DNA of 64,000 nucleotides from Octopus vulgaris (lineage: Eukaryota). Made by a program: the position numbers and the translations under genes. Under the pieces are notes generated by a model. It was not told where the DNA came from and searched no databases. It saw only the letters and a list, made by a program, of their open reading frames with translations. The stretch spans positions 51,894,001 to 51,958,000 of the forward strand of contig OX597824.1 in NCBI GenBank assembly GCA_951406725.2, in the 5' to 3' direction. Below, one piece after another: positions 1 to 11,900 of this stretch (position 1 is the first letter of the stretch; every line of letters begins with the position of its first letter).

Positions 1-620
1 AGTTGTAGTGGTGGTGGTGGTGGTGGTGATGATGGTGGTTGTGGTGGTGTTGGTGGTGACTGTGGTGGTGGCGGCGGCGGCAGCAGCATTGGTGGAGATA
101 GTAATAGCGGTAGTGGTGGTGGCGGTGGTGGCGACGGTTTTGATGGTGGTGGTGCTGGTGGCAGCGGTTCTGATGGTCGTGGCGGCTGTGGCAGTGGTGG
201 TGGTGGTGGTGATGGTAGTGGTGGGGAAAATGGTAGTAATGGTGGAGCAGTATCGTTATAATGGCTTTGCTAACGATGGTTGCTTTAGTAGTGGCAGTGA
301 TAGTAAAGTGGTAGAAATGATGTTGCGACGATGGTATACTTATGGATTTTTTATGTTTTGGGATTAGTGTGGTGACGGTGGTAGTAGTTACAGCGTAGAA
401 GGTTGGGGTATAACGAATGTACGTTGGTAATAGGGAGTGCGATGGCTCTAATGGTGGGGTGGTTGTGACGGTATTTGCCGGGGTGGTGGTAATGGTGGTA
501 ATGATGGTAGTGAAAGTGGTATAGTTTGATGGGATAGTAGTGGTAGTAATGGTAGGGATCATAATAATGGTATTAGTAGCAGTGGTGATGTTGTTTGTTA
601 TGGTGGTATCGGTGAGTTGA
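1..620. repeat. (GGT/GAT/AGT)n low-complexity trinucleotide region
   Basis: Degenerate GTG/GGT repeats; the poly-Val/Ala ORF 8..367 is a repeat artefact. Confidence 0.9.
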
Positions 621-687
621 TTTGTATTGGCGAAACCAGTAGACAGCCATGCGAAGTTGTAATTTCAATCTTTCTTTTCTCTAGCTC

Positions 688-721
<34 letters not shown>

Positions 722-1610
722 ATCTCTGTCTGCCTTCTCTGTCTCTGTCTGTCTGTCTCTCTTTCTCTCTCTCTCTGTCTCACACACACAGACACACGCT
801 TCTTTTCTCCCCTCTTCATCGCCTCCATTGTTTTCCCACCATTTACCCTTCACCCTTAACTTTCTCTTGTTTTACATTCTCCACCAATCCCATACACAAA
901 CGTATTGCATGTGTTTGAGTATGTGAATGAATGCCTCTATTCTGTTCTTGTACCTGTGTGTGTGGGTGTGTGTGTTACAGACGCTATACGTGTGTGCGTG
1001 TATGTGTGTTTGTATGTGTGTGAGAGAGGGGCGGATTTTTAAGTTATAAACGTGTACTTGGGAGTGCATTTATATATATATATATATATGAATGTGTATG
1101 TGTGTGAGTGTAAGTGTATGGTTTTGTGTGCATGATTGCCTTATGAATTTGTGCTTGTGTGCATGTACTTTTATTATGAATGTGTGTGTATTGCTATGCA
1201 TTTGAGCTATGGCTATGCGCATGTGAGTATGTTTGCATAAGAATAAACCTACATTGCAAACAGAGTCATGGAGCAAGATGTGAATAAAGACTAAAGACAT
1301 ATTGAAAGAGCGATGTACCGTCTGTTCTCGATTTGTCAAACCGTCAAAATATAGACTGAAAGCTAAGTTCTTGACGAATCGAGACAACATCATTTATTAT
1401 ATATATGTGGTGTTAAAAAAATAATTCTGTGAAGATTTTCAAGTTCCTGAAGAAAGTGTCGTATAACCGACAATGATAAGTTTCCAACAAATACAAATAA
1501 GTGATGTGCTGTTATTAGATTACACAATCATCTCGTAGCGAAAGATGACAGGGGAGATCAGCTACCTATGATAGTATTTTTGTCCTTGATCAACATTAAT
1601 TCTCAACAAA

Positions 1611-1822
1611 GGCGGTGAGCTGGCAGAATCGTTATCTCGCCGGGCAAAATTCCTAGCGGCATTTCGTCCGTCTTTACGTTTTAAGTTCGAATTCCACCAA
1701 AGTCGACTTTGCATTTCATCCTTTAGGAGTCGATAAAATAAGTACCAGTTGAACACTAGTATCAATGTAATCGACTTACCCCGCTCTGGAACTTGCTGGC
1801 TTTGTGCCAAAATTTGAAACCA
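1611..1822 (+). mobile_element. tRNA-derived SINE with Nin/Deu-like central domain (octopus-type)
   Basis: Head GGCGGTGAGCTGGCAGAATCG, B-box-like GTTCGAATTCC, central GTCGACTTTGCATTTCATCCTTT..GTCGATAAAATAAGTACCAG; about 18 homologous copies in the window. Confidence 0.88.
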
Positions 1823-2330
1823 ATAGTAATTCTCAACAGACCAGTCCTTTTTGCTGTAAGTCGACATCATATTACCCGACAGCCAGCATAGAAACGTAAA
1901 CTTAATTATTCTGTTATCTTGCATTACCAAGTGAGAAAAGTCACTTGCGATGTACTGGTGCACTATCCAGAGATTAGTTTTCTGTTTAATACGATATGAA
2001 TCAGAGATAATCCTAGAGCTCAGTGGAATGCGGCGGAAGGAGAAAATACAGGTTTCTCTCCTGGTTATTGTAGACTTCCTTTATGCTAAAATCGTCAATA
2101 CCATAGAGCTGTTTTCATATCTATCGTTACAACTGCCGCTAGTCACAGTACTACGCTCTATACCGCCACCGGATCCGCTTCTACGAATACCATCAATGCT
2201 GTTGCCATAACACCAGTACCATTACCAGTGCTAATATCATTAATGTAACGCGAATATAATTAGCAAAATTCCATTCCAACCGACTTCCGATGAAAACTGA
2301 ACAATATGTGTAAAGTTCTAAATATTAGAC

Positions 2331-2586
2331 CAGTGATTCAGCAAAATGGGCGGTACTGCCCTTCTCGGGGTGGTGGAAAGATCCAGTGGAGCGTTGAAGA
2401 AAAGTGAGGCGACAATGGGGTGGCCAAAAGGTGGAGATGGATGTAAACACAACAAAATAATGGGTTAAAGTTGAAGCAGAAAAAGGTCTATGGCTGTGGT
2501 GGTGAGTGAGGAGGGGGTGGAGGGTCACTTGGAATGTAATCTGGGTGCCAAGATGGAGGCAGTCCGAAAAAGTTTAGGAACCACTG
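2331..2586. mobile_element. hAT (Charlie-like) MITE
   Basis: Termini CAGTGATTC...GGAACCACTG; 8-bp target duplication TATTAGAC (2323-2330) / TATTAGAT (2587-2594). Confidence 0.8.
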
Positions 2587-3227
2587 TATTAGATACTCGT
2601 TCACTGCTGAAATTACCCAACGAAAGACTGATCTACCACTTTAAAAAAATATGTATAAAAATTGAAATTTAAGAACCGAATGAATCCAAGTTAATAAGCA
2701 AATTAATTTATATTTTGTTTTAGTGAATGTATTTTGAAAAATAAGCCTTTTTAACCACCCCCAAGAAATTTAACTGCTTGACAATTTGATAATGGAGAAA
2801 TAAATTTTAAGTATAAAATACAAATATATTTTGTTTATATTATTTTAGAAAAGAAGATAATTAAATTGAATTAGCTTTACCCGAGTAATTAGATTCTAAG
2901 TCACCCATCCCCTAAAAAAATTTTCAATTTGATATTATAATGTATTTTTCAGTAGAAATATATTTATGAATATTATATCATGGACAGCCGACAACTGATG
3001 AAGGGTCGTTCCTATATTACTTGTCCTGTTTTCCACTTGTTTCTTTCGTTGTTTGCGTATTCAACTCATTTGTTTTCGTATTTCATGTTGTTTACAGTTT
3101 GTGACGTCCTGTACTCATATAGGCATATATATATATATATATATATACGAATTATATATTGTCTTCCTAAAGAACAAATGTCGAGAAATATACTCCGAAT
3201 TCTCAATATCATTGTGTAGGAATCAAA

Positions 3228-3452
3228 GGCGGTGTAGAGACAGAATCGTTAGAACGTCGGGAAAATGAATTGCGGTATTTCTTTCGGCTCTTTACCTTCT
3301 GAGTTCAAATCATGCTGAGGATAACTTTGTCTTGTCTCTCCCGGGTGGTGGTGGGGTCGATAAAATAAGGTTCTAATCAGTTACTAGAATCGATGTTATC
3401 GATTAATCCTCTTACTCCGAAACTGCTGGCTTTGTTCTTAAATTAGAATCCA
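3228..3452 (+). mobile_element. Nin/Deu-type tRNA SINE, diverged
   Basis: Homologous head, GAGTTCAAAT box and GGGGTCGATAAAATAAG motif. Confidence 0.75.
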
Positions 3453-3596
3453 TTGAGATGGAATCCAACCATACATACAATTTCGAACTTGAAAAGAAAC
3501 AACTTATACATACATACAATATATATATATATATATATATACACACTTTATTATTAAAGTACACACATGCACACATACATATATACATATATATGC

Positions 3597-4263
3597 ATAT
3601 AAACAATTTATAAGTAAGGGCAAAAGAAAAACTTTCTAATGCCAAAATATGCCGAAAATAGACACTGCGTCAATAACCATGTAATTTATCACTACAAGCA
3701 CGTGTTTCAAAGAAAGCCGACAGAAATCTGTAAACAATTCCGTTATTACCCTATCGGACCCGATTTCAGAGTTAGTTCATAAGAACCTTCTCTTCATCAG
3801 TGATAAATGCGGTAAAGAAATAAGTGAAATACTTACTTATACCTATGGAAGAAACGAGCACTAAGCCACGAGCATAATTAAGTACCCCAAATATATCCAA
3901 AATAGAAATTCTCTAGCACACCTTGAGACGTGCGATTCGAACCGAAGAGCTCTCGTAAAGTGAGAGAGTCCGGAAGTGAACACTATTAAATTAACATCTA
4001 ATATAGGATAGAATTTTTCGAAAAAAATTCTATCAATGGCCAGCATATTAAAAAATACCTTTAAAGGTTAAATTTATAAACAATTTATAAGTAAGGGCAA
4101 AAGAAAAAAATTTCTAATGCCAAAATATGCCTAAAATAGACACTGCGTCAATAACCATGTAATTTATCACTACAAGAACGTGTTTCAAAGAAAGCCGACA
4201 GAAATTTCCATATGCTGGCCATTGATAGAATTTTTTTCGAAAAATTTTATCCTATATTAGATG
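3597..4263 (-). mobile_element. Penelope-like element 3' end (pLTR) with partial direct and inverted copies
   Basis: 3597-3726 is directly repeated at 4077-4206; about 3997-4048 is inverted at 4210-4263; minus-strand peptide LAIDRIFFEKFYPILD resembles a GIY-YIG C-terminus; contains an HHR motif. Confidence 0.65.
3746..3806 (-). ncRNA. Type I hammerhead ribozyme motif
   Basis: Minus strand: uuauca CUGAUGA agag-aag-guuc-uuau-gaac-uaa-cucu GAAA ucgg-gu-ccga UA ggguaa; complete catalytic core with stems I (weak), II and III. Confidence 0.75.
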
Positions 4264-4358
4264 TATCTATGCATATATACGTATATAAATTGACAGAATG
4301 AGATAAAAATCCAAGGCTATAAATAGTTTTCAGAACATTTATAAAGAAAAGGTCTTAC

Positions 4359-4428
4359 AGCGGTGCCCCAGCATGGCCACAGCTCATAAGCTGAAACTAG
4401 AATCAATCAATCAATCAATCAATCAATC
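4359..4428 (+). mobile_element. Extreme 3' end of a LINE/SINE with (AATC)n tail
   Basis: GCGGTGCCCCAGCATGGCCACAGCTC..CTGAAACT followed by (AATC)n, inserted within TTACAGCTGTTTCC with CAGC duplicated. Confidence 0.7.
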
Positions 4429-4467
4429 AGCTGTTTCCGGGATACTTCATATATCCCTTCTCGCACC

Positions 4468-4515
4468 GTCTCTGATGAAGGGATATATAAAATATCCCGG
4501 AAACAGCTGTAAGCC
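4468..4515 (+). ncRNA. Minimal Type I hammerhead ribozyme motif
   Basis: gucu CUGAUGA a-gggauau-auaaa-auauccc-g GAAA cagcug UA agcc; palindromic stem III (CAGCUG); the inverted arm and the 46763 copy restore stem I partner agac. Confidence 0.78.
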
Positions 4516-4739
4516 CTTTTCTTTATAAATGTTCTGAAAACTATTTACAGCCTTGGATTTTTTTTATCTCATTCTGTCAATTTATATATGCATGCTAATA
4601 CATGACCCATGTTGGACTCTTCATTCGTATCATTATCGAACCTGGAGCATAACCATGGTCTATCCATAGCACATACTTAGCATTACCCGACACCTTTTGG
4701 GTCTTTTTGACACCAATACCTCTCATACCCTATATATGT

Positions 4740-5060
4740 GGCCTTTGTGAATGAGGGATTTTGATGCTGCTGCCCTCGACTGCGTTTCCTGGCGTGAAGT
4801 AGGCTCATCTAGAAGGCTTGATAGGAGGAGATCCAGTTTTGTTTTGAAGAAGCCTACATCCACACCATGCAGATCTCTCAGGCTTTTTGGAAGAGTATTG
4901 AAGAACTGTAGGCCCTTGAAACCCAAGATGTTGCAGTATCTGGTCCTGTATCTTGATGGCGATATTGGGATCGTTGGCACAATGCAGCGGCGCACCATTC
5001 TGCTGTTTGTGTAACTTTCAATGACATGGTTTGGCACAAGTCCTTCCAAGATTTCCCCAT
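4740..5060 (-). mobile_element. CR1-group LINE, C-terminal ORF2 fragment
   Basis: Peptide ILEGLVPN..RRCIVP..GLQFFNTLPKSLRD..FKTKLDLLL..DEPT..RAA.SKSL is typical of the post-RT C-terminus of CR1-group LINEs. Confidence 0.75.
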
Positions 5061-5174
5061 ATTTAATGATAAATAAGTAAACATAAACATGCTTTAAATG
5101 AATCAGAGGCAAGCTAATTAATATATAACAGTAATGAGACAGTAGTGACAATATGAAATATCCACCCCTTGTAA

Positions 5175-5385
5175 GGCGGCGAGCTGGCATAAACGTTAAC
5201 ACGCCGGGCAAAATGCATAGCGGTATTTCGTCTGTCTTTACGTTCTAAGTTCAAACTCCGCCGAGGTCGACTTTGCATTCATCCTTTCGGGGTCGATAAA
5301 TTAAGTATAAGTTGCGTACTGGGGTTGATCTAATCGACTGGCCCCCTCCCCCAAAATTTCGGGCCTTGTGCCTAGAGTAGAAAAG
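5175..5385 (+). mobile_element. Nin/Deu-type tRNA SINE, near full length
   Basis: GGCGGCGAGCTGGC head through GCCTTGTGCCTAGAGTAGAAAAG tail. Confidence 0.9.
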
Positions 5386-6205
5386 AATATCAAATATCCC
5401 TGTCATGTTTTGTCGTTACAAATGCGACGAGGTTGAATTCACTCGTGTCAAGTAGATAAAAATAAGCTTAGTCATGTATTAAGGTCAAACCAATCGATTA
5501 TTCCGATCTGTTCTATAAATTTGTGACATAGCGGGAATGTAAAGTAATAAATAATATTCTTAGAATGGGCTGTTACCAGTTAAGTCTTTTGTTTACGGAC
5601 AAACAAATTGCAATGCCGATGATGATAGGAAACAACCAGTGGTCCTTCACTCGGCAAAATAAATACACAATTAACCAACCTAGATATCTCTTATGATATT
5701 ATAGTATAAAATCGTCCTTAGTAACTGAGGGAAACTATAATTGTTCGTATAATAGTAAAGATTAAGAAAAAAATATTTTATTTTCAAGAGATTTCAACAC
5801 TGTTATTTAACGTTGAAGAGATACCTATCATTCTAGTGCCCCCTAAGACACAGGACACAACAGACAACGACAGAGATCACGTACAAAACAATGTTTTCAT
5901 TCTTGTTTTTTTTTTGTTCGTTTTGTTCATTTTTTTCAAACTGCTCTGTAGTGTGTGGCATTATATGGTTCTTATCTCATGTAATATAGGATATTTCTGT
6001 TTACTATATGCCAACGTTTAGAATGCTAATCAACATTAGCCGGCACCAACTAATTCATAAACCTGTCATCTCTTCGAATAAAAAAACGTCAGATGTTAAG
6101 CGAATAGGGTAATATTAGCTATTACAGCTTTTGGAGAAATATTTCCGACACGAGATTAATCACACAGAGACGTACACAGACACAGTTAAGCACACACACA
6201 CACAT

Positions 6206-6283
<78 letters not shown>

Positions 6284-7061
6284 ATACACACAGAGACACA
6301 CACACATACACGAGAAGGCGATAAGATGAAGGTAGGTGGGTAAGCTGTGTATGTGTGTGTACATATGTTATACATATGTATGTATATATCTAGCTACCTT
6401 CCTATCTATTTGTATATACATATATATATATGTGCATGTGGGTGGGTGCGCGCGTGTGTGTGCGTGTGTATCTAAATATATATAGAAGTAAATGTACTGA
6501 AATGTTTATGACAAAGCTTCATGAACGAAATGGGATGTTCATATAATCTACCAGTTTCACATTTTTAAAGACATTCATGACTTCGTAATTAATGATGTAA
6601 GAACTTCATGATTTCATGTCTATGTTGTTAGTGATATTGTTATAACATCATCATTTCGTAAATAATTGTTTGCAATGACATGAAATGTGATAAATGATTG
6701 ATATTAAAAGAAAATGGCAGTGGGGGAGGAAATAGTGGAATATTTTCCACTTAATACTAGTTATAAATTCAATTTTAACAAATACACTTTTTCATAGGGC
6801 TGTCGCTATATATTTCAATGAATGCTATCTCAATTAACTGCTGTTATACACCACACTATGCCCTCACTACACTTATACAAAGGAAAACAATTTTTGTTGA
6901 AGTCGACGATTCCGAGCAAATGTGTCAATATGTTCACTGAGAGATGTCTGTAGCCCGGTAAACGAATTTATTCTCAATGCAATGTCATTAGTTTTCTCGA
7001 ACTCATTCCTGTTTGTCTCATATATTTCTCTTCATATTATACACCTATATACGACAATCTT

Positions 7062-7368
7062 CTTTCAGTTTCCGAGGACTTATTCCTTGTAAGCCTGGTG
7101 CTTATTCTATCGATATCTTCCTGCGAACCGCTAGATAACGGGGACTTAGACACATCGGTTTCTAAGCGAGAGTTGGGGAACAAACACAGACACAAATACA
7201 TTCACATAAATAGACTTCTTTAAGTTTCCGTCAACCAAATCAACTGACGTGGCTTTAGACGGCGGAAGGCTACAGTAGAGCCACTTGCCCAAGGTACCAC
7301 GGAGTGAGACTGAAATCGGAATCATGTAATTGGAAAGCAAAATTCTTAGCACACAGCCACCCCCGCGC
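7062..7368 (-). mobile_element. CORE-type tRNA SINE
   Basis: Minus strand GGCGCGGGGGTGGCTGTGTG head, CCTTGGGCAAGT core, GACGGAAACT and GTCCCCGT..TAGCGGTTCG tail; homologous to 28935-29320. Confidence 0.8.
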
Positions 7369-7419
<51 letters not shown>

Positions 7420-7425
7420 CATATA

Positions 7426-7685
7426 CTATTGAACCTTGAGAGGTGCGTTATGTCGGTAATAATTAACACACGCACTGGTTCGGTCCTTTATTGCTATTGT
7501 TAGTTAATGGTTTAGTTACTCCCTTAACCAATTTATCGATCAGCCGTTTTTTACTTGCTTTTCAATCACATATGTTCAGTATTGTTAGTGTTGCCATTTC
7601 TCTGTATGTATGTATGTATGTATGTATGTATGTATGTATGTGTATGTATATATATATGTATGTATATATGTATACATACACGCAT

Positions 7686-7724
<39 letters not shown>

Positions 7725-7970
7725 TGGAAGTGTCACTGAAGAGATTGCAACAATGCGATGAAATAATTATTTGACAAAAGAAGAAATGACAACACTAACA
7801 ATACTGAACATTTGAACGATTAACTGTTTGACATGAGTTTGAAAAACTAGTAAAAAACGGCTGATCGATAAATTGGTTAACGGAGTAACTAAACCATTAA
7901 CTAACAATAGCACTAAAGGACCGTGCGTGTGTTTATTATTACCGGCACAATGCCACTCTCAAGATTCATT
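7426..7970. mobile_element. Foldback/MITE with about 175-bp inverted arms
   Basis: 7426-7603 is the reverse complement of about 7777-7970; the spacer is mostly microsatellite. Confidence 0.75.
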
Positions 7971-7974
7971 AAAC

Positions 7975-8325
7975 CAATATTAATAACACACACGCTGTTT
8001 GAATTCCTTTATTATTAGTCAATTGGTTAGATATCTATCCAACTAACTAATGGATCATTTGCTTAATGTGATGGTTAAACAGTCAATCGTTTTTTGTTAT
8101 TTTTTTGTACGTGAAATTTGGATAGATATTTAACCAACTGACTAATAATCCTTTCTACTAAAGACAGAAGGCTTGAAATTTTGGGGGAGAGGACTAATCG
8201 ATTACATTGACCCCAATGTTTCAATGGTACTTAATTTATCGACCCCGAAAGGATGGAAGGCAAAGTCAACCTCGGTCACAAATAATTAAGGTGTGTGATT
8301 GAACCGATGCGTGTTATTGATATTT
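7975..8325. mobile_element. Second related foldback MITE interrupted by a SINE
   Basis: ATTATTAGTCAATTGGTTAGATATCTATCCAA pairs with TTGGATAGATATTTAACCAACTGACTAATAAT; the outer arm resumes at about 8281-8325 after a minus-strand SINE (8151-8276). Confidence 0.6.
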
Positions 8326-8402
8326 GCTTAATGACTCGCCCGAGACAATAAGATTTGTTTCAACAAACGAATTCACATAATATTGCATTATGTATATATT
8401 AT

Positions 8403-8608
8403 ATACGTAGGGGGAGAATTCACAAAAAAAAAAAACCAAAACAAAAGACAAAGACAGGTGGTGTAGACAACAAACAGATGTATTGGTATAACGCTCGGGA
8501 AGTGAAAAAGTCTTTAACGTTTCGAGCCTACGCTCTTCCACAGAAAGTAACACAAAGAAACAAGGAGAGAAAATAAAGAATGTGTAGTGGCTAGCGATCT
8601 ATCATGGT
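8403..8608 (-). mobile_element. Solo Penelope pLTR fragment
   Basis: Homologous to 14673-14882, the 3' end of the Penelope copy; lies between microsatellites. Confidence 0.8.
8511..8547 (-). ncRNA. Minimal hammerhead variant (CUGUGGA core)
   Basis: cuuu CUGUGGA a gagc-guag-gcuc GAAA cg UU aaag. Confidence 0.65.
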
Positions 8609-8652
8609 ACTTAACTATGCATGTATACATAAAAACATATATGTTCTTGTAC

Positions 8653-8730
<78 letters not shown>

Positions 8731-9018
8731 TTGTCTATCTATCTATCTCTGCACAATGTAGCCAAATAGATAATGAGTTTGCTTCCAAAACATGAGATCT
8801 CGCGTTCGATCCCACTTGGGCAAAAGACGTATTCTGTAGCATCGCGTTCACCTATAATTTTTGAGTGAAACTGGGCAGGGGATAACTGTATAGAAGCCCC
8901 ATTAGGTGGATTATACCTGAAATTCGAATGGTACAGCCTTGTCACACCTCTACTTGATGTGTTTATGCCGAATCTACTTGAGGATTATATTAACGATATA
9001 TGTGTATGTCTCTATAAG

Positions 9019-9251
9019 GGCGGCGAGCTGGCAGAAACGTTAGCACGCCAGGCGAAATGCTTAGCAGTATTTCGTCTGCCGCTACGTTCTGAGTTCAAAT
9101 TCCACCGAGGTCGACGTTGCTTTTCATCCTTTCGGGTACGATTAAATAAGTACCAGTTACGCACTGGGGTCGATATAATCGACTTAATCCGTTTGTCTGT
9201 CCTTGTTTGTCCTCTCTGAGTTTAGTCCCTTGTGGGTAGTAAAGAAATAGG
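9019..9251 (+). mobile_element. Nin/Deu-type tRNA SINE, full length
   Basis: Complete head, B box GAGTTCAAATTCC, central domain and GTGGGTAGTAAAGAAATAGG tail. Confidence 0.9.
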
Positions 9252-9470
9252 TATACGTATATGTGGAATTCTCGGATAATTGCACGTTTATTTCGGAGCA
9301 AATAATGGAGCTTATCGAACAAAAGAATCGTCATCGTCGAACGATCGACATCCCATTACATACATATATATATATACATATAGATATATGCGATTTTCAA
9401 CCCAATAATCTACATGTTATTATTTATAGCTTTATGTGTTTCGAGATCCAAAAGAATAGAATTTTATACA

Positions 9471-9538
<68 letters not shown>

Positions 9539-9777
9539 CGTTAATATGCTAGCCTATTAGGTGGGACATAACCTGCTAGGAATTGAGAAAAAGATGTTTC
9601 TTTGAAGCTTTTGAACGTATTGACCTGGACTCAATAAGGTATATTATTAAAGATGTGAAAAGATTTTGGAAAAGTGCAGTAACCAATACAAGAGCAATAG
9701 GAAATCTGTCAGACACTGCGATCATTGTGTACGTCCACATAGTGAGATGTAGAGAGAGCAGAGGGCACGGGAACACA

Positions 9778-9875
<98 letters not shown>

Positions 9876-10038
9876 GGCACACACACGCACACACACTCAC
9901 ACACACTTGTATAGCAGAAGTGATTGTTTGTCATGCGACAAGCACAGCTGTCTAGCTGGGAACGGAAGAGTTGATCTGTATTCCAACCAGCTGTCTTGAT
10001 CATAACGATAGAACGAACAGACAGTATAAGGGCAAAGA

Positions 10039-10054
10039 CTGCTAGGTGGCGCTG
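10039..10054 (+). promoter_or_regulatory. CTCF-like motif within an E-box-rich non-repetitive segment
   Basis: CTGCTAGGTGGCGCTG has one mismatch to the CCRSYAGRKGGCRS consensus; two CAGCTG and one CACTTG lie within 140 bp upstream. Confidence 0.4.
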
Positions 10055-10284
10055 GATTTAGCGACCCGACTGCGTTTTTAAGTGGTTCACAAAACGCGGG
10101 TCCCCAATTAGATAGGTTCTACTTATTATTGCCACTTTTTTGTTGTCCTGTTTGTTAAATTTATACATTTATTGTTTTTAAATATTTTCTTACGCTCACC
10201 TTGACTAAGATAAAGAAGATACAAAAAGTAATAAAAATAAAGTAATAAAAAGTCATTATCCAAAGTGATATCTATCCCCCACCC

Positions 10285-10591
10285 CCCACACATATACATG
10301 TGAGTGTGTGTTATATACATATATATATTTATGCGTATATATATGCATACATACATACAAATATATATTTATGTATATATGTATATATGTCCATATATAT
10401 ATATACGATATTTGTGTGCGTGTGTATGTGTCTATGTGTGTGTATGCGTGCATGTACATGTGTTTATGTACACACTCACTCATATATATATATATATATG
10501 TATATATATGTATACATACATGCATATATACGCACATGTATGTGTGTGTGAATATATATATACATATACATACATACATACATACACACAC

Positions 10592-10637
<46 letters not shown>

Positions 10638-10914
10638 CACTATACGTGTGCGTGTATTTACACACACACATATTTGCATGTATACGTATATACATAAATA
10701 TATATATATGTATGTATATATGTATATATACATATACACACACACATACATATATATATAAATTCTTGTATCTATATATATATTTATATATTCAGAAGCA
10801 TATATATGTACAATACATACATTATATAAATGTTTATATATGTTCCTAGAATATATATAAATATGTATATACTATATATACGTAATTGTACATATTATAC
10901 ACAAACATACATGT

Positions 10915-10979
<65 letters not shown>

Positions 10980-11010
10980 TATACGTGCGTATATATGTAT
11001 ATATGGTATA
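10285..11010. repeat. Compound (TA)n/(TG)n/(CATA)n microsatellite
   Basis: Directly visible; one of dozens of such tracts that generate the YI/CV/HT ORFs. Confidence 0.95.
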
Positions 11011-11865
11011 TTATCTCCATTTCACTGCATGAATGAAGATAACATCAATAATATATCCAAAAACACTTTATCGGCGGGTTATCGTCTCTACTTACCTCCG
11101 CACATTAAAATATATTTTTCTTGTTCTTAAACAATGCTGAGATCATTAAAGGCGATCTAAGATGGAAGAGCTGAGATCATTAAGGGGGACCCATGATGGA
11201 GGCACTATTCAGAATCTCAACACCCTGAGAGTAATTATCTTTTCCTATCATCTCCACTTTGACTTAATGTTCCTCGATTGTCCAGTCGTTTCGGCGCCTC
11301 CTTAAACTGAGCTAGAAAGTAGTATTGACTCTCTTGTCGAAGGAGCAGCGATTCAAGAAATATTTTACTTCTTGATCCAGTTTTATTTCTTGTTACCATA
11401 AAACAGCCTCTACTATATACATGTAGCCCCTAAATAACGCTCAAATCGCACCGTCTTCAAAATGAATAATGTTGAGCTATAAAATTCTACCTATACAAAA
11501 AACGTTATGATCAAAAATGGAAGCTAGAATTTCATTAGGCTAAAGAACAACAGCATTATATTTTTATTTGCTGTTGGTGATTAAATATGTGTTCATGCTC
11601 AATTTATTGAAAGACTAAATACTTAAAGTATTGGTTGCTAGAAACGATTGCCATGTGTCGTACGAACAGCCGCTTCGTGTGTATATAGGGAGAGAAAACC
11701 TGGCAGACAAGATTGTGTGAGGTCGCAAAAGAAACAGATGGTGACAACAAACAAGCTGCAGGGATAAATTAAATAGGTTTAATAAAAAATTAAAGCTCGG
11801 GCACATGAAGCCGAAAGCTATGGAGAAATAGAAAGAAAAGTGTTACCAACGGTGAAGACAATGCC

Positions 11866-11900
<35 letters not shown>

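Larger units (their letters stand above)
4274..4735 (+). mobile_element. Penelope-like pLTR in inverted (foldback) arrangement
   Basis: Left arm about 4274-4460 (interrupted) is the reverse complement of right arm about 4477-4590; the right arm carries an HHR; homologous copy at 46715-46840. Confidence 0.7.

Noticed and set aside
8-367. 119-aa Val/Ala-rich ORF, and the many YI/CV/HT/MYVC ORFs throughout the window
   Set aside because: Translations of tri-, di- and tetranucleotide microsatellites with no domain signal.
1447-1480. CTGAAGA plus TGTCG/CGACA hairpin as a hammerhead
   Set aside because: GAAA and stem III are missing.
2990-3030. CTGATGAAGGG as a hammerhead core
   Set aside because: No closing stem II or downstream GAAA-stemIII-UH.
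9019-9110. tRNA gene
   Set aside because: A/B-box-like motifs belong to SINE heads; no cloverleaf or terminator.
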